Of a stretch of DNA of 64,000 bases, positions 38,837 to 49,234 are shown in pieces (the stretch's first letter is position 1; each line of letters begins with the position of its first letter). The notes beneath the pieces are model-generated. The model saw nothing but the letters and a program-made list of their open reading frames with translations, was not told the origin of the DNA and made no database searches. The position numbers and the translations under genes are program-made. The stretch is from a virus: positions 1-64,000 of the IMG/VR virus record IMGVR_UViG_3300028045_000007. One strand, written 5' to 3'.

Positions 38837-39304
38837 TCAGGATTCCCAGTACTCCACTTCGTAGTCAGTAGGTCCATCCAGCGGCGACAACATGATATAG
38901 AAACCATTGATGTCGGGCTCAATCAGCCATTGTAAGATGACTAGATCGCCTGCCATGGAACTGAAAAATGGGGTGTATACCGGCTCACCCTTCTCGTCGT
39001 GCGTAATGACGAACATTTGAAACGGTGCGTCAGCAACGATATCAAAATTGGCTAACAGGGGCTCTTGAACGCCAAACCAGTACGTGTCCGTATCAGTGTG
39101 CCATTCTAATTCACCACAGAAACTCTGTGGAACGAATACGAAGCCACCCATGTAGGTTGCTGTTAGAATGTCGTCGTTGGGCTCCTCGTCATAAATACAG
39201 ACCTGCGGAGGGGGCGGCGGATCTCCCGACCCACCCTCTTTGGGTTTTTCCCCACGGCTACAACCAAGTAGTAGTAAACATGCTGTAAGTGCTAGTAATT
39301 TCAT
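38837..39304 (-). CDS. Predicted lipoprotein
   Basis: LLLGC lipobox, Pro linker, DEEPND motif. Confidence 0.65.
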   Translation of the reverse strand: MKLLALTACLLLLGCSRGEKPKEGGSGDPPPPPQVCIYDEEPNDDILTATYMGGFVFVPQSFCGELEWHTDTDTYWFGVQEPLLANFDIVADAPFQMFVITHDEKGEPVYTPFFSSMAGDLVILQWLIEPDINGFYIMLSPLDGPTDYEVEYWES

Positions 39305-39562
39305 TTCTGGTGAAACCTCCAAAACTCTTTGTCGCCTCTGGCAACAACTTCAATTCGCCAGCCAACGCTATTGTATTTGAGCATGATAGCTCTATCGACG
39401 CCCGGAATGTCAAATGTGCTTGGTTCGACATCTATGGGCGGTCCATTTGTATAATACTCCGCTACGAGTGCTTTGTCAATACGATCTTGCTCTTTCTTGA
39501 CAAATGCATTGACACGTTCGTCATTTTGCCTAGCTGCTTGTTGAGGATTGATAGCCATTCTA

Positions 39563-41038
39563 CTACTCCTGTAAGATACCGTAATTTGCTGGCGACAGAC
39601 AATCCAGCGGATTTTCGCCAACACTACTCATTTTGGCTTTTTGGATAAAGCCAGGGATACCACCGAATTCATCAAAGTTCTCTACCGTGAACACAGAGTA
39701 CCACGGCACTCCACCACCATTCTTTTTATTGGCTTGTTCGCCAGCGTCAACGTCAACATACCATTTTGGCTGTGGCCCAATAAATGCTGCCGCTGCGTCT
39801 GCTATGTCGGTCATGCCGATGCGACGACACGCTTCTACCAGAAGCATAGATTCAAATGTCTGCGTAATACGTCCGGTCATTCCGGGTGGATCTTTACGTG
39901 CGTCGGGCAATTGCCACGACTCTGGACCGAACGCATTAAGCATACCGTTAGGCATAGCTATTTGCTTAGTGGCCGTTTGCCAATGTTCAACGTGATCGTT
40001 CATAAATGCAGCCATCATGATGACGTGGGCTTCTGTGCGACCGATCCAGCTACAGGCATTGTGATGTTCTGTATTTGCCAGCTTCCACCAAAGAGTATCG
40101 TGCCACGGCTTGTAATACGTAGAACGCGGTGCCACTCTTTTCATTGTGTATGCCATACGACAGTCGTTCTGCACCATACCGAGCCAGAACTGAGCCCAGG
40201 GATTATAGTCGTAAAGACCCATGGCGTTGGTTACGGCACGCCTGAGATGTTGGCCATCATGACTGGACCAGCCACCCTCCCAGTGTGGTGTTGTCCAGAG
40301 TTTTTCGTATCGACACCACTTCTTGGTTTCAAGATGATCGCCACCAAATCCCGGAAGCTCTATTACCGGATTGCGAGTGAGATTATATTCAATTGGCACC
40401 TCTAAAGGCAAACCAGTGTTAGGATCGAGACATGCGATTCTTGTGCGACTCGTCGTGCCATCCATCTGTCGTGCATGAAGAGCGGCACCTTGCCAAGACT
40501 TCCACCACGAACCATGATACGGTGCGATACGGAATCCACCTGGACCCGCCCCGCCCGACAAACCAAAGAACTCATACGGGCCAACAGTTTGAGTTGGCTC
40601 ATAGTGATTTAGCGTGTTCTTGCAGAGGTCGTGAGCCCATTCAGGTATTACGGGATCTTTATTGATACGTTGACGATAGAGTGATTCTTCACCAAAGCCT
40701 TTCGTCAGCGTTCCTCGCGGCGGGATAACATTAATGCCCTTAACATCCCATACCTTCCTGTCGCCGATCGTTACAGCCAATCGCTTGAAATATGCGAATC
40801 CACGATCTTGAAAGCCATTGATAAAGGCTACTCGCCACGCAACCATCCCTTGTGAAATGGTCGCGAAAATGTAGCACGCGATCCCATCGATCTTTTTGAA
40901 GTAGACTACGAAACGACCGATAGCAAGGTCACCACCATACAAGTAATCAAAGTCACTAAGGGTACATGAAAACCTCTTTGCTCTTGAAAACCTGCCGCGA
41001 TAGCCGGTGTACTCGATTTTTAAACGCCCTGTTTCCAT
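39563..41038 (-). CDS. Large hypothetical protein
   Basis: 491-aa ORF with GGAGG RBS; family not recognised. Confidence 0.7.
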   Translation of the reverse strand: METGRLKIEYTGYRGRFSRAKRFSCTLSDFDYLYGGDLAIGRFVVYFKKIDGIACYIFATISQGMVAWRVAFINGFQDRGFAYFKRLAVTIGDRKVWDVKGINVIPPRGTLTKGFGEESLYRQRINKDPVIPEWAHDLCKNTLNHYEPTQTVGPYEFFGLSGGAGPGGFRIAPYHGSWWKSWQGAALHARQMDGTTSRTRIACLDPNTGLPLEVPIEYNLTRNPVIELPGFGGDHLETKKWCRYEKLWTTPHWEGGWSSHDGQHLRRAVTNAMGLYDYNPWAQFWLGMVQNDCRMAYTMKRVAPRSTYYKPWHDTLWWKLANTEHHNACSWIGRTEAHVIMMAAFMNDHVEHWQTATKQIAMPNGMLNAFGPESWQLPDARKDPPGMTGRITQTFESMLLVEACRRIGMTDIADAAAAFIGPQPKWYVDVDAGEQANKKNGGGVPWYSVFTVENFDEFGGIPGFIQKAKMSSVGENPLDCLSPANYGILQE

Positions 41039-41039
41039 A

Positions 41040-41576
41040 TTAACCCTCCCCTATTTTACCTACCTGGATATTGGCACGGAGCAAAAGCTCGATGCCGCTG
41101 AGAACCCTATATTCCTCATCATATATTACTCTAACAATACCCGACTGGATGATCAGTTTGGCACAATCGAGACACGGTGAAGAAGTAACGTACAAGGTGC
41201 CGCCACGTACGCTTACGGTAGAGCCAGCCGCCTTGGCTATTGCGTTTGATTCAGCGTGGAGTACCTCTGGCTTGGTTACGAGTTCGACAGAGTGCAACGG
41301 GGGGCCGCTTGTTATGCCGCATGGCAACTCTGCATTGCAGTAATTGCAATACAACAATCGCGTAACTCTGTCCTCGACCCACTCATGTACACAGCTAATT
41401 CTCTCGTTTTCGCAGCAGTTATCAAAACCAGAAGGCGTACCATTAAAACCAGGGAGCATCAGTCCGTCTGGCAGTACAATTACGGCACCGACCTTCGTGC
41501 GTTGAGCCCGCGACAGCTTACTCAACGCACGAGCACAGTCCATATATGCCTTATCTAGTGATTTCTGATTTGCCAT
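41040..41576 (-). CDS. dCMP deaminase
   Basis: KVGAVIV, GFNGTPSG, HAESNAI, SPCLDCAKLIIQSGI. Confidence 0.92.
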   Translation of the reverse strand: MANQKSLDKAYMDCARALSKLSRAQRTKVGAVIVLPDGLMLPGFNGTPSGFDNCCENERISCVHEWVEDRVTRLLYCNYCNAELPCGITSGPPLHSVELVTKPEVLHAESNAIAKAAGSTVSVRGGTLYVTSSPCLDCAKLIIQSGIVRVIYDEEYRVLSGIELLLRANIQVGKIGEG

Positions 41577-41801
41577 CGAATGGATTTAGTAGTTGGGCGG
41601 TTTTTTCCGCTTCGAATAATCGACTCAGTTCGGAACGTAGACCACGGAGCCAGTTGGCAGCTATAGCTTGAAAAGCAACTTCCTCGTCGCCTTCTTGCGA
41701 TACGGCTAAGTCTCTCAACTCCCCCATATGCACCTGTGCAGCACGCCTACCTCGCATTCGAGCCAAGAAAAGCGTGTGTGCGAAGGTATCTTTCTTAGGC
41801 A

Positions 41802-42335
41802 TTATTTGTTTTCGTCGTCAGGGTCGAAGGATTGAAACGGCAATTGTAAGAATGCTTTAGCGTATTTCGACATCAGCTTGTCGTAAATGTCTTCTGGCGA
41901 ATATGACTTATCTTTTGAAATGACATGCATATCTGTTGACAGCATCGATGCTTTCACTGATATCTCATGAAACCCAATGACAATATTCTTGATGAGCTTC
42001 TCTATGCGAGCCTTACGAAGTCTGACTTCTGCATCTTGAAGCGTCTCTTTTAGTAAGTTCAAGCTTGCCCTTAGTGCGTCGCGACGCTTCTCCCAATTCA
42101 GACGTTGCAACGCGGTGACAGGGGGTTCGTCACATGACAGAATCGCGGAACTAATTTTTGAACTCTTAAACATTGCGTGAGCGTCCCGAGGATCGGCAGC
42201 GTCCACACATACTCCGCTGAAATCCATATTTACAGGATCAAACTCTTCTTCTGCAAATGCGTCAATATCCTGCACGAAGACGTTACTCTGGATCTTACCG
42301 CCCTCCCTTATGTGATAAACGTAGTATCTAGTCAT
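41802..42335 (-). CDS. Hypothetical protein
   Basis: ORF track; operon context. Confidence 0.65.
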   Translation of the reverse strand: MTRYYVYHIREGGKIQSNVFVQDIDAFAEEEFDPVNMDFSGVCVDAADPRDAHAMFKSSKISSAILSCDEPPVTALQRLNWEKRRDALRASLNLLKETLQDAEVRLRKARIEKLIKNIVIGFHEISVKASMLSTDMHVISKDKSYSPEDIYDKLMSKYAKAFLQLPFQSFDPDDENK

Positions 42336-42963
42336 GATGAAGTCTACTATCTAGATGACACGAAGTCAAGAAATTTTGCCCCAATTATTCAAGAGCCGCA
42401 GGAGTTCGTGAGTACGAATCTCTAGCTCCTTCTTGCGTAAGTGACTTGGGTTCGTGGCCAGTTCGCTCAATAGGTCAGCAAGCTGCTTGTCGATAACGGC
42501 TAACAGCATACTAACGGTTGGCGGCTTAGGGCCAAACAACGCTTCTGTTACGCCTAACACTAGCTCGATACCAAGAGCCACTTCGGGTGACGCCACGGCA
42601 AGTCCAGCACGTACAATAGGATCGTTAAGTATATCGGTTACTTTTTCCACTAGATGAATCCACCTTTAGAATACACTCACTTCGCATTCACTGACTGTAT
42701 TTTGAATTCAACCGTGAGGCCATTACTGGTTTCGACGTATTTACATCGAACCTGTATCGTGGAATTCGCCAATACTTCGTTATCGCCTACACGTCCCCTA
42801 AGCCAGCGATGCAGGAGCGGCTTGATGTCTTCGATAGCCTCTACCTGTTTGGGGATGGCTTTTTCAAGGCCAATTGGAGCAGAACGTAAGATTCTGCCAT
42901 TCTTGAAAGATACTTCGGTGCTAAAACGAGTCTTCATGATGACTCTATTATACGGTCGCGAAG

Positions 42964-43689
42964 CTAGTGCGTCAACCTACATCGTCTATTTTTCCGCAAC
43001 CCAGACGTATTCGTCCACCAGTGGCTAATGCTGTGCCTGGCAATATCGATCTCGACCTGAGATAGCGTCTTTTGCTCTCCGTCCTTGACGTACGTCGGAT
43101 ACATCACGCATGACATTGCATTCGTCCCAAATGGTAGAATTACTGAACCAGTTGGAGCCGTATCTGTCATACTGAATACATGGGGCACCCCAAACACGTG
43201 TCCGAGTTCGTGTAGTGCAACTGAAAAAGCCTGTGTGGGGTTATCCTCTAAACGATCTGCATCTAGTAGGATCACGCGGTCACGCGGCAACCACATACCC
43301 AGTACGTTATCCGTTATAGCATAGGGCGATGTCTGGAGATCATCGATGACGATATTGATCACACCGGCACGTTGAAGTACTTCGATCGGCGTGTCCGGAG
43401 ATCCAATATAGACCGTAACCCTGATCGGCACATGACCGATCCACTCCTCGATCGCCTTGCACAATCCTACCATTGTTTCTGGGTACTTGTCGATCTGTTC
43501 TTTGTGAACTATAAACTCAAACGAGACATAAAAGTTATGCTCACTGGTGGCAGAATCCCGTGTTACTTCTACGTCTGGTGGACTAGTGAAGCTCAGTTGA
43601 TCAGTTAGATCGTACTTGTTCTGAGTAGGCGTTACGCAACAGGACAGGATCAGTAGGTATAAGCCAATCGGGATATATCGTAGCTTCAT
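42964..43689 (-). CDS. Matrixin-like (metzincin) metallopeptidase, possible lipoprotein
   Basis: HELGHVFGVPH (HExxHxxGxxH) plus Met-turn VMYP. Confidence 0.85.
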   Translation of the reverse strand: MKLRYIPIGLYLLILSCCVTPTQNKYDLTDQLSFTSPPDVEVTRDSATSEHNFYVSFEFIVHKEQIDKYPETMVGLCKAIEEWIGHVPIRVTVYIGSPDTPIEVLQRAGVINIVIDDLQTSPYAITDNVLGMWLPRDRVILLDADRLEDNPTQAFSVALHELGHVFGVPHVFSMTDTAPTGSVILPFGTNAMSCVMYPTYVKDGEQKTLSQVEIDIARHSISHWWTNTSGLRKNRRCRLTH

Positions 43690-44482
43690 AGTACAATCTC
43701 ACTTCTAATGAACAGGGCCGTGCAAGGCTGGGAGCCATTCACTAATACTCTAAGTGACCGGCCCGGAAAAACTTGAAAAAAGGAAAAGGATACACGCCAC
43801 GTACTACTTACTAGGTGAGGCTGCCATTTTGGCATCCGGGTTTGACACCGCATGTTCGCTTCGCATTCTTCGTTCTGGCTTTCATGCTCTTATTTTGTCA
43901 TCAGATTCGGCTTTTGTCACCAAGTTTATGGAAACAATCATCACATCCGAGCAAGATCTTAGTAGTCATGATGAACCATTACCTGATGGCGTGCTGTTGG
44001 TACATTTTAAGATCGTAGGTGTCGGACCCAACACTTTAACTGAAGCTAATCACTTAGGACCTAAGATTTGCGACATCGTTCGTCCGCAACCTGGGTTTTT
44101 TGTAATTGGTAGCACCGAGGAAGGTATACGAGCCGCAATGCATGACCTCGTAGACCGTTTCTGTGATTCTAGAGAGGAAGTAGAATGAATCAACGTTCAA
44201 AGAGAGCAAGAGATCGTAAGAAGACGCAAGATATCGACGTATCAACAATCCAAACGGGTGGTTATGTGGCCCATCACGGTCGTAACCAAGATCCTAACGT
44301 TCGCGTCCCGAAGGCTACTGGTGATATGACCGAGGGCATCAGGTCCGGTCTTGCCAAGGCTTCTCCCTTTTTCAAGAAGCTGAAAGAACTAAAGCCCGAC
44401 AGTCCAGAAGAGGAAAAGAAGGCGGTGGCCGAAGCAACAGAGAAGCATACCAAAAAGAAGGGCAAAGTAAAAGAAGAGTAGT

Positions 44483-45073
44483 ATGACATTCACCGTAGTG
44501 GCCAGCGGCACCCTCACCTACGATGACGTGTCAGATATAGTTGAAGCATTAACCAGGACTGAGGGGCGAAAGTATCCAATTCCTGGGATGGACTTCGAAG
44601 ACACGGCTCAAGAAATCCGTGCAGAGTGTTTGCGGGTATTGAGCTTCTACGACCAGAGCCGCATCGGACCTTCTCCGTTTAAGTTTCTTCAGACGTGTGT
44701 CCGTAACTTCTTATACAATAAACGAAGAGGGATTTGGGTTCCGAACAATCCGCCGTGTACTCGTTGCCCCATGTGGAATAAGGCAAGTAAGTTTTGTACT
44801 GCTGAAGAGGTAGATTGTCGCAAGATAGTGCAGCACCGCAAAAACATGAACACTAAAGCTGCATTAAAGCAACCGGCTTCTCTTGAGGTTGACGTGTCTG
44901 ATCCAGAGCATGAACTCGCCATCGACGCCATGCTCCTAGATGAAAGCATTCGTGAGGCCATGCCCCCTCATCTTGTTTCACAGTACGAAAAGATGTTGGC
45001 TGGCGAACATGTTACGGCACGTATTAAGCGACAGGTACGCGACATTGTATCAACCATTATCCATCATGCCTAG
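44483..45073 (+). CDS. Phage sigma70-like sigma factor
   Basis: Region-2-like GMDFEDTAQE...YD.SR....KFL..CVRN.L.N.RR; heads the late block. Confidence 0.75.
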   Translation: MTFTVVASGTLTYDDVSDIVEALTRTEGRKYPIPGMDFEDTAQEIRAECLRVLSFYDQSRIGPSPFKFLQTCVRNFLYNKRRGIWVPNNPPCTRCPMWNKASKFCTAEEVDCRKIVQHRKNMNTKAALKQPASLEVDVSDPEHELAIDAMLLDESIREAMPPHLVSQYEKMLAGEHVTARIKRQVRDIVSTIIHHA

Positions 45074-45875
45074 ATCATTTCCCGAAGAACAGCGACTCAT
45101 GGTTCGTGAACTTGCCGAGCAAGGTCACACCCATGTCGCAATTGTTAATGCGATGAGGGAACGTTTTCCTCAAGACTGGAAGGCGAAGAATGCTCATCGT
45201 ACCGTGAGTCGCATACTCAAAGACAACCCAGTAAAGTCCGCGATCCCCACGCCCGACATGCCTATGCCGAGTGTTAAGGTACCCTCGATGCCTAAGACGT
45301 TGGACGAGATGACGCGGGAGGAACGAGCACGTTACATCGAGGCACGCCTCCAAACGACGCCCAGATTTCGCATGGCATTCCGAAGCTTTGCCAAAGAAGA
45401 TAAGGATGTATTTGTCGATGAATACATGAGGATCATCAGGTCTACTGATACTCTCACCGAGGTAGAGGAGCAGGCGTTGTTCGCCGCCATTCTTGAACTC
45501 ATTCTTGCTTTTCAAGCACTTAATCGTAAAGAGAAGGAAGAACAGTGGCGTGACCAATCTTTAGCCGGGGAAATCGACGAGGATGATCCCCGCTATCGTC
45601 GTTTGGTAGAACCCAAGTATCAGAAAGAGTACGATGATCATATGAAGATGTATCAGCGTGGTACAGAGCAACTCAAGATGTCTCGTAGGGATCGTCTCAA
45701 GGAGGTGCGATCACAGAAACAGACGTTGATTGACTTAGCCGAAGAGTTATCGAGTAAAAATGCACAGTCAGAGGTAGCACACGAGATCGAACGCTTAGCT
45801 AAATTGCGAGACGATGAGCTTAAGCGTTTGTTGGAGCTAGGACATATCCATGGAGTGTTTGCGGACTATGAATAA
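45066..45875 (+). CDS. HTH/coiled-coil protein, possible terminase small subunit
   Basis: N-terminal HTH-like segment, helical body, upstream of the large terminase. Confidence 0.45.
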   Translation: MPRSFPEEQRLMVRELAEQGHTHVAIVNAMRERFPQDWKAKNAHRTVSRILKDNPVKSAIPTPDMPMPSVKVPSMPKTLDEMTREERARYIEARLQTTPRFRMAFRSFAKEDKDVFVDEYMRIIRSTDTLTEVEEQALFAAILELILAFQALNRKEKEEQWRDQSLAGEIDEDDPRYRRLVEPKYQKEYDDHMKMYQRGTEQLKMSRRDRLKEVRSQKQTLIDLAEELSSKNAQSEVAHEIERLAKLRDDELKRLLELGHIHGVFADYE

Positions 45876-46824
45876 AGAGCAACTAAAGATAGCGATGTTG
45901 TTTGCTTCTTGGGAAGAATTTGGCGAGGGGTGGAGCACGCCCATTGGCATTAGAGAAGAGCTGAGATCTCGTGGTCACGAGGTACGCCAATATAATCTTT
46001 ATCACGATCAAGGTATATTGTTTGCGGACAATGTGCGTCACTATTCTAATCAGGGTATTAACCAACTGTATCAAGATTTCCATGCGGGCACGTTTCGTCC
46101 TGACGCAATCTTCTGTATGGATTATGGGCCGTGGGACGCGATGCAATTTGGCAAACAGTATTTTCCTGGTTCCGTTTTAGTGAAAGAAGCTGGCGACGAG
46201 CCACAGGCTCACGCACAGCACTGTAGGGCAGCTCCGAGAGTTCATGTTATCTTGTCTCCTGACCTTCAATGTGTTGAACGTTATCACACAATGGGGTTCC
46301 ACGCGGTTCATTGGACGCACCATGCTGACCGCCGTATCTTCTATCCCCGACAGGAGGTGAATATCGAGTTTGATTGTGTGACCACGTGTGGTTCACGTGG
46401 CGAGAACGGTCTCACTGACAAGATTCAGAAGGCTCTCGGGGCTCGTTTCAACAATGAACGCTATTTCTTTGGCGACGACCACGCCAAGCGTCTCTGTATG
46501 GGTAAAATGGTCTTTCAATGTTCACAGTTCAAGGAAATTACTCGTCGCATTTTTGAAGGTATGGCATGTGGTCGCATGGTCATCACGGATCGCATACCGG
46601 ACAGTACCGGACTGTCAGAAATGTTTATTGAAGGTCAAGATATAGTGTACTATGACAGTGCGGAAGACGCTATCAATAAGATTCGTTACTATGCTTCGCA
46701 TGACGTGGAACGCGAAGAGATCGCTGTAAATGGCTACAAGAAGGTAATGGCCTATCATACGGAAGTGCAGCGTTGTGATGATTTCGAAGCATGCGTGCTT
46801 GCCGCCAAGGAGACCTTGGTATGA
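45868..46824 (+). CDS. Glycosyltransferase (GT-B, CgeB-like)
   Basis: RRIFEGMACG..VITD, IVYY....D...KI.YY. Confidence 0.85.
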   Translation: MNKEQLKIAMLFASWEEFGEGWSTPIGIREELRSRGHEVRQYNLYHDQGILFADNVRHYSNQGINQLYQDFHAGTFRPDAIFCMDYGPWDAMQFGKQYFPGSVLVKEAGDEPQAHAQHCRAAPRVHVILSPDLQCVERYHTMGFHAVHWTHHADRRIFYPRQEVNIEFDCVTTCGSRGENGLTDKIQKALGARFNNERYFFGDDHAKRLCMGKMVFQCSQFKEITRRIFEGMACGRMVITDRIPDSTGLSEMFIEGQDIVYYDSAEDAINKIRYYASHDVEREEIAVNGYKKVMAYHTEVQRCDDFEACVLAAKETLV

Positions 46825-47630
46825 CGAGTAGTGAGCGACATCTACGTCCCGATCAATCACGTTGGGACTTTAACGTACAACGATACAAAGATGATCGTGA
46901 CGTATTTTCGGAAAAAGGATTACTGTCTATTGTTGTGCTTGCACACGGTCGTCCGGAACATACTCATCTTGCCGTGTCGTCAACTATATCCTGTCTTCAA
47001 GATTATCCTGGTGAGATTGAGTGGATCTTTATTGAGAACTGCGATAGTGACGCTAACATGAAGTTCTTTAGGGGATTAGATCTAGAAAGAAAGGTTATCG
47101 TTTGTCAGAGCAACTATGGCATTAATGAGGCACTCAATCAGGGGTGGAAACTGTCTCGTGGCGAGTATGTCATGATTCATGAAAACGACTGGCAAGCGAT
47201 ATGCAACATAGATTTTGTTACGCCAGCCAAACAGATATTTGAGCAAGAGATTGATGTTGGTGTAATACAGTTACGTGACCCACACGATCCGAACGAGAAT
47301 TTTGGACGAGGTAAGCCAGAGTACAATCCCTGGTCCTGCACCGTAGAACAGGTTATGGAAGCTGGCTTTCATATATACGAGAGTCAGACTAGTGACGGAC
47401 ACTCTTATTTCGTGTCGAATCATCCTAATGGATTTAACAACAACCCAGTAATCATTCGGAAGAGTCTATATCATGCTTGTGGATCCTATCCAGAAGCACT
47501 GATGGGCTGCGATCCTCGCCATGGAGAAACAGAGTATCAAGCTCGTGTAGCTTACAAAGGCTATGAGACGGCGTACATTGGTGTGCCTATTTACCAACAC
47601 ATGGGACGAATACAGACTAAGGCGACGTAA
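46821..47630 (+). CDS. Glycosyltransferase family 2
   Basis: LSIVVL..GR, IENCDSD, NYGI..ALN.G...SRGEYVM.HEND. Confidence 0.85.
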   Translation: MTSSERHLRPDQSRWDFNVQRYKDDRDVFSEKGLLSIVVLAHGRPEHTHLAVSSTISCLQDYPGEIEWIFIENCDSDANMKFFRGLDLERKVIVCQSNYGINEALNQGWKLSRGEYVMIHENDWQAICNIDFVTPAKQIFEQEIDVGVIQLRDPHDPNENFGRGKPEYNPWSCTVEQVMEAGFHIYESQTSDGHSYFVSNHPNGFNNNPVIIRKSLYHACGSYPEALMGCDPRHGETEYQARVAYKGYETAYIGVPIYQHMGRIQTKAT

Positions 47631-47632
47631 GC

Positions 47633-48268
47633 ATGAGAACAAATAAGCTATCTAACGATACGTCAGATGCACATATTATTGGACGTGTATTGTCCATGAC
47701 AGATAACATTCCCAAGTTCATTATTGATGTTGGTGCGTCTGAGGGGCATTACAATAGCAACTCAATGCCGTTAATACTTGAGATGTCTTGGTGTGGCATT
47801 CTGCTTGAACCCATGCCGATTCAGTTTAAGCAATTGATGACAAGATATCAAGACATCGATGACATTCAATGTATCAATGCGGTGTTGTGCGATAACGACA
47901 GTATCGTTGATATGTTTATTCACCCTAATGATGGTGACGGTACCACAGCAGGCAACCATGGTTCGTCACTCATCAAAATGGCTCGTAATAAAATTGTTGT
48001 AAAGGTGCCATCTATATCATATGAGAGCTTAAATAGCTTGCGTAATCTAAGGGATGTAGGAATTTTGTCTATCGATACGGAAGGATACGATTTTGATATT
48101 TTGCGTGGCCTACTGCCTCTTGGTCTGCCAGCAGTTATCATTAGTGAGGTTATTGAGGTGGGCGAAGAAGACAAGGTGCGTTTTATAGAGTCGTTTGGCT
48201 ATCATATGATCATTGATGGGCATTCAAATAAAGCCTGGGCATTACCACATTATATACGGGAGAACTAA
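47633..48268 (+). CDS. FkbM-family methyltransferase
   Basis: IDVGA.EG..NSNS, GILLEP, LSIDTEGYD..IL. Confidence 0.88.
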   Translation: MRTNKLSNDTSDAHIIGRVLSMTDNIPKFIIDVGASEGHYNSNSMPLILEMSWCGILLEPMPIQFKQLMTRYQDIDDIQCINAVLCDNDSIVDMFIHPNDGDGTTAGNHGSSLIKMARNKIVVKVPSISYESLNSLRNLRDVGILSIDTEGYDFDILRGLLPLGLPAVIISEVIEVGEEDKVRFIESFGYHMIIDGHSNKAWALPHYIREN

Positions 48269-48312
48269 TATGGAAAACAATTTTACGACCGGCGTTCCAC
48301 AGGGCGAAAGTA

Positions 48313-48360
48313 ACGGAAGTGTTTTTCCGGATCAATACGGAAGTGTTTTTCCGGATCAAT
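48313..48360 (+). repeat. Perfect 24-bp tandem duplication within a CDS
   Basis: ACGGAAGTGTTTTTCCGGATCAAT x2 (GSVFPDQ repeated). Confidence 0.9.
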
Positions 48361-48748
48361 CGTGCCACTACGTACAGTCAATGCCCTGGACATACGTGCC
48401 GTATCCGACCAAATCTGCTCGTGAGCAGGTACAGGACGAGATTCTTATTAAGTTAGCCGAAGCAATTGAAGGCAATGACTTAAAGAAGGCAAGACAATTA
48501 ATTGAACTGGCAAAAACCCTAAAGGAACTGTAGAAGGAGATTAGATATGCCCAAACAAAATGACAAGGTATTGATTGATGGCGTGAAGGCACGCATTGAA
48601 ACATTCTGGGGACAAGGCAAGCACACTGTGTATAAGCTTGACGATGGTCGGGTAGTTTTTGATATTAGTGACGATGCTATTGTAGCAGATGAGCCAGTGA
48701 TCAAGAGAGGTCCCGCCCCGAAACACCCATACAAGAAGCCTAGCTTGG

Positions 48749-49234
48749 ATGACTAAGATTAAGCCAACTATTATTGTTGACACTCGGGAGAAGCTCCCTT
48801 GGGACTGGGAAGACGACGACGCTTTTGCGTCAGTAATCTATCGTAAACTTGACGCGGGTGACTATAGCATCGAGGGTCTCGAAGATGTCATTTTCATAGA
48901 ACGCAAGGCGTCTGTGGACGAGTTGTATAACAACTTTACCACGGGGAAGAAGCGTCTTGCGGCTGAGTTCGACAGGGTGACCGATCATAGGGTCAAGATC
49001 TTCATTATTGAAGAGACGTGCGAGGACATTCTCAATCCTCGTAAATACTACGTCAATAAAAAGAAGATCAATCGCAAGAGTCCAAAGATGCCTCCTGCTG
49101 TTGTAGCCTCTAGTCTTACTAATTTAGTGTTAGAGCAAAACGTACACGTGATCTTTGGTGGAAGTCGAGCACAGTCAATGGTTCGTGGTATCCTTTTGCG
49201 TGCCTGGGAGCTATATCAAAAAGGTCAACTATGA
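48749..49234 (+). CDS. ERCC4-domain nuclease
   Basis: IIVDTRE, KL..GDYS, IERKAS..EL. Confidence 0.9.
   Translation: MTKIKPTIIVDTREKLPWDWEDDDAFASVIYRKLDAGDYSIEGLEDVIFIERKASVDELYNNFTTGKKRLAAEFDRVTDHRVKIFIIEETCEDILNPRKYYVNKKKINRKSPKMPPAVVASSLTNLVLEQNVHVIFGGSRAQSMVRGILLRAWELYQKGQL

Noticed and set aside
48313-48360. 24-bp tandem repeat as a functional element
   Set aside because: Single in-frame perfect duplication, most simply replication slippage or an assembly artefact.
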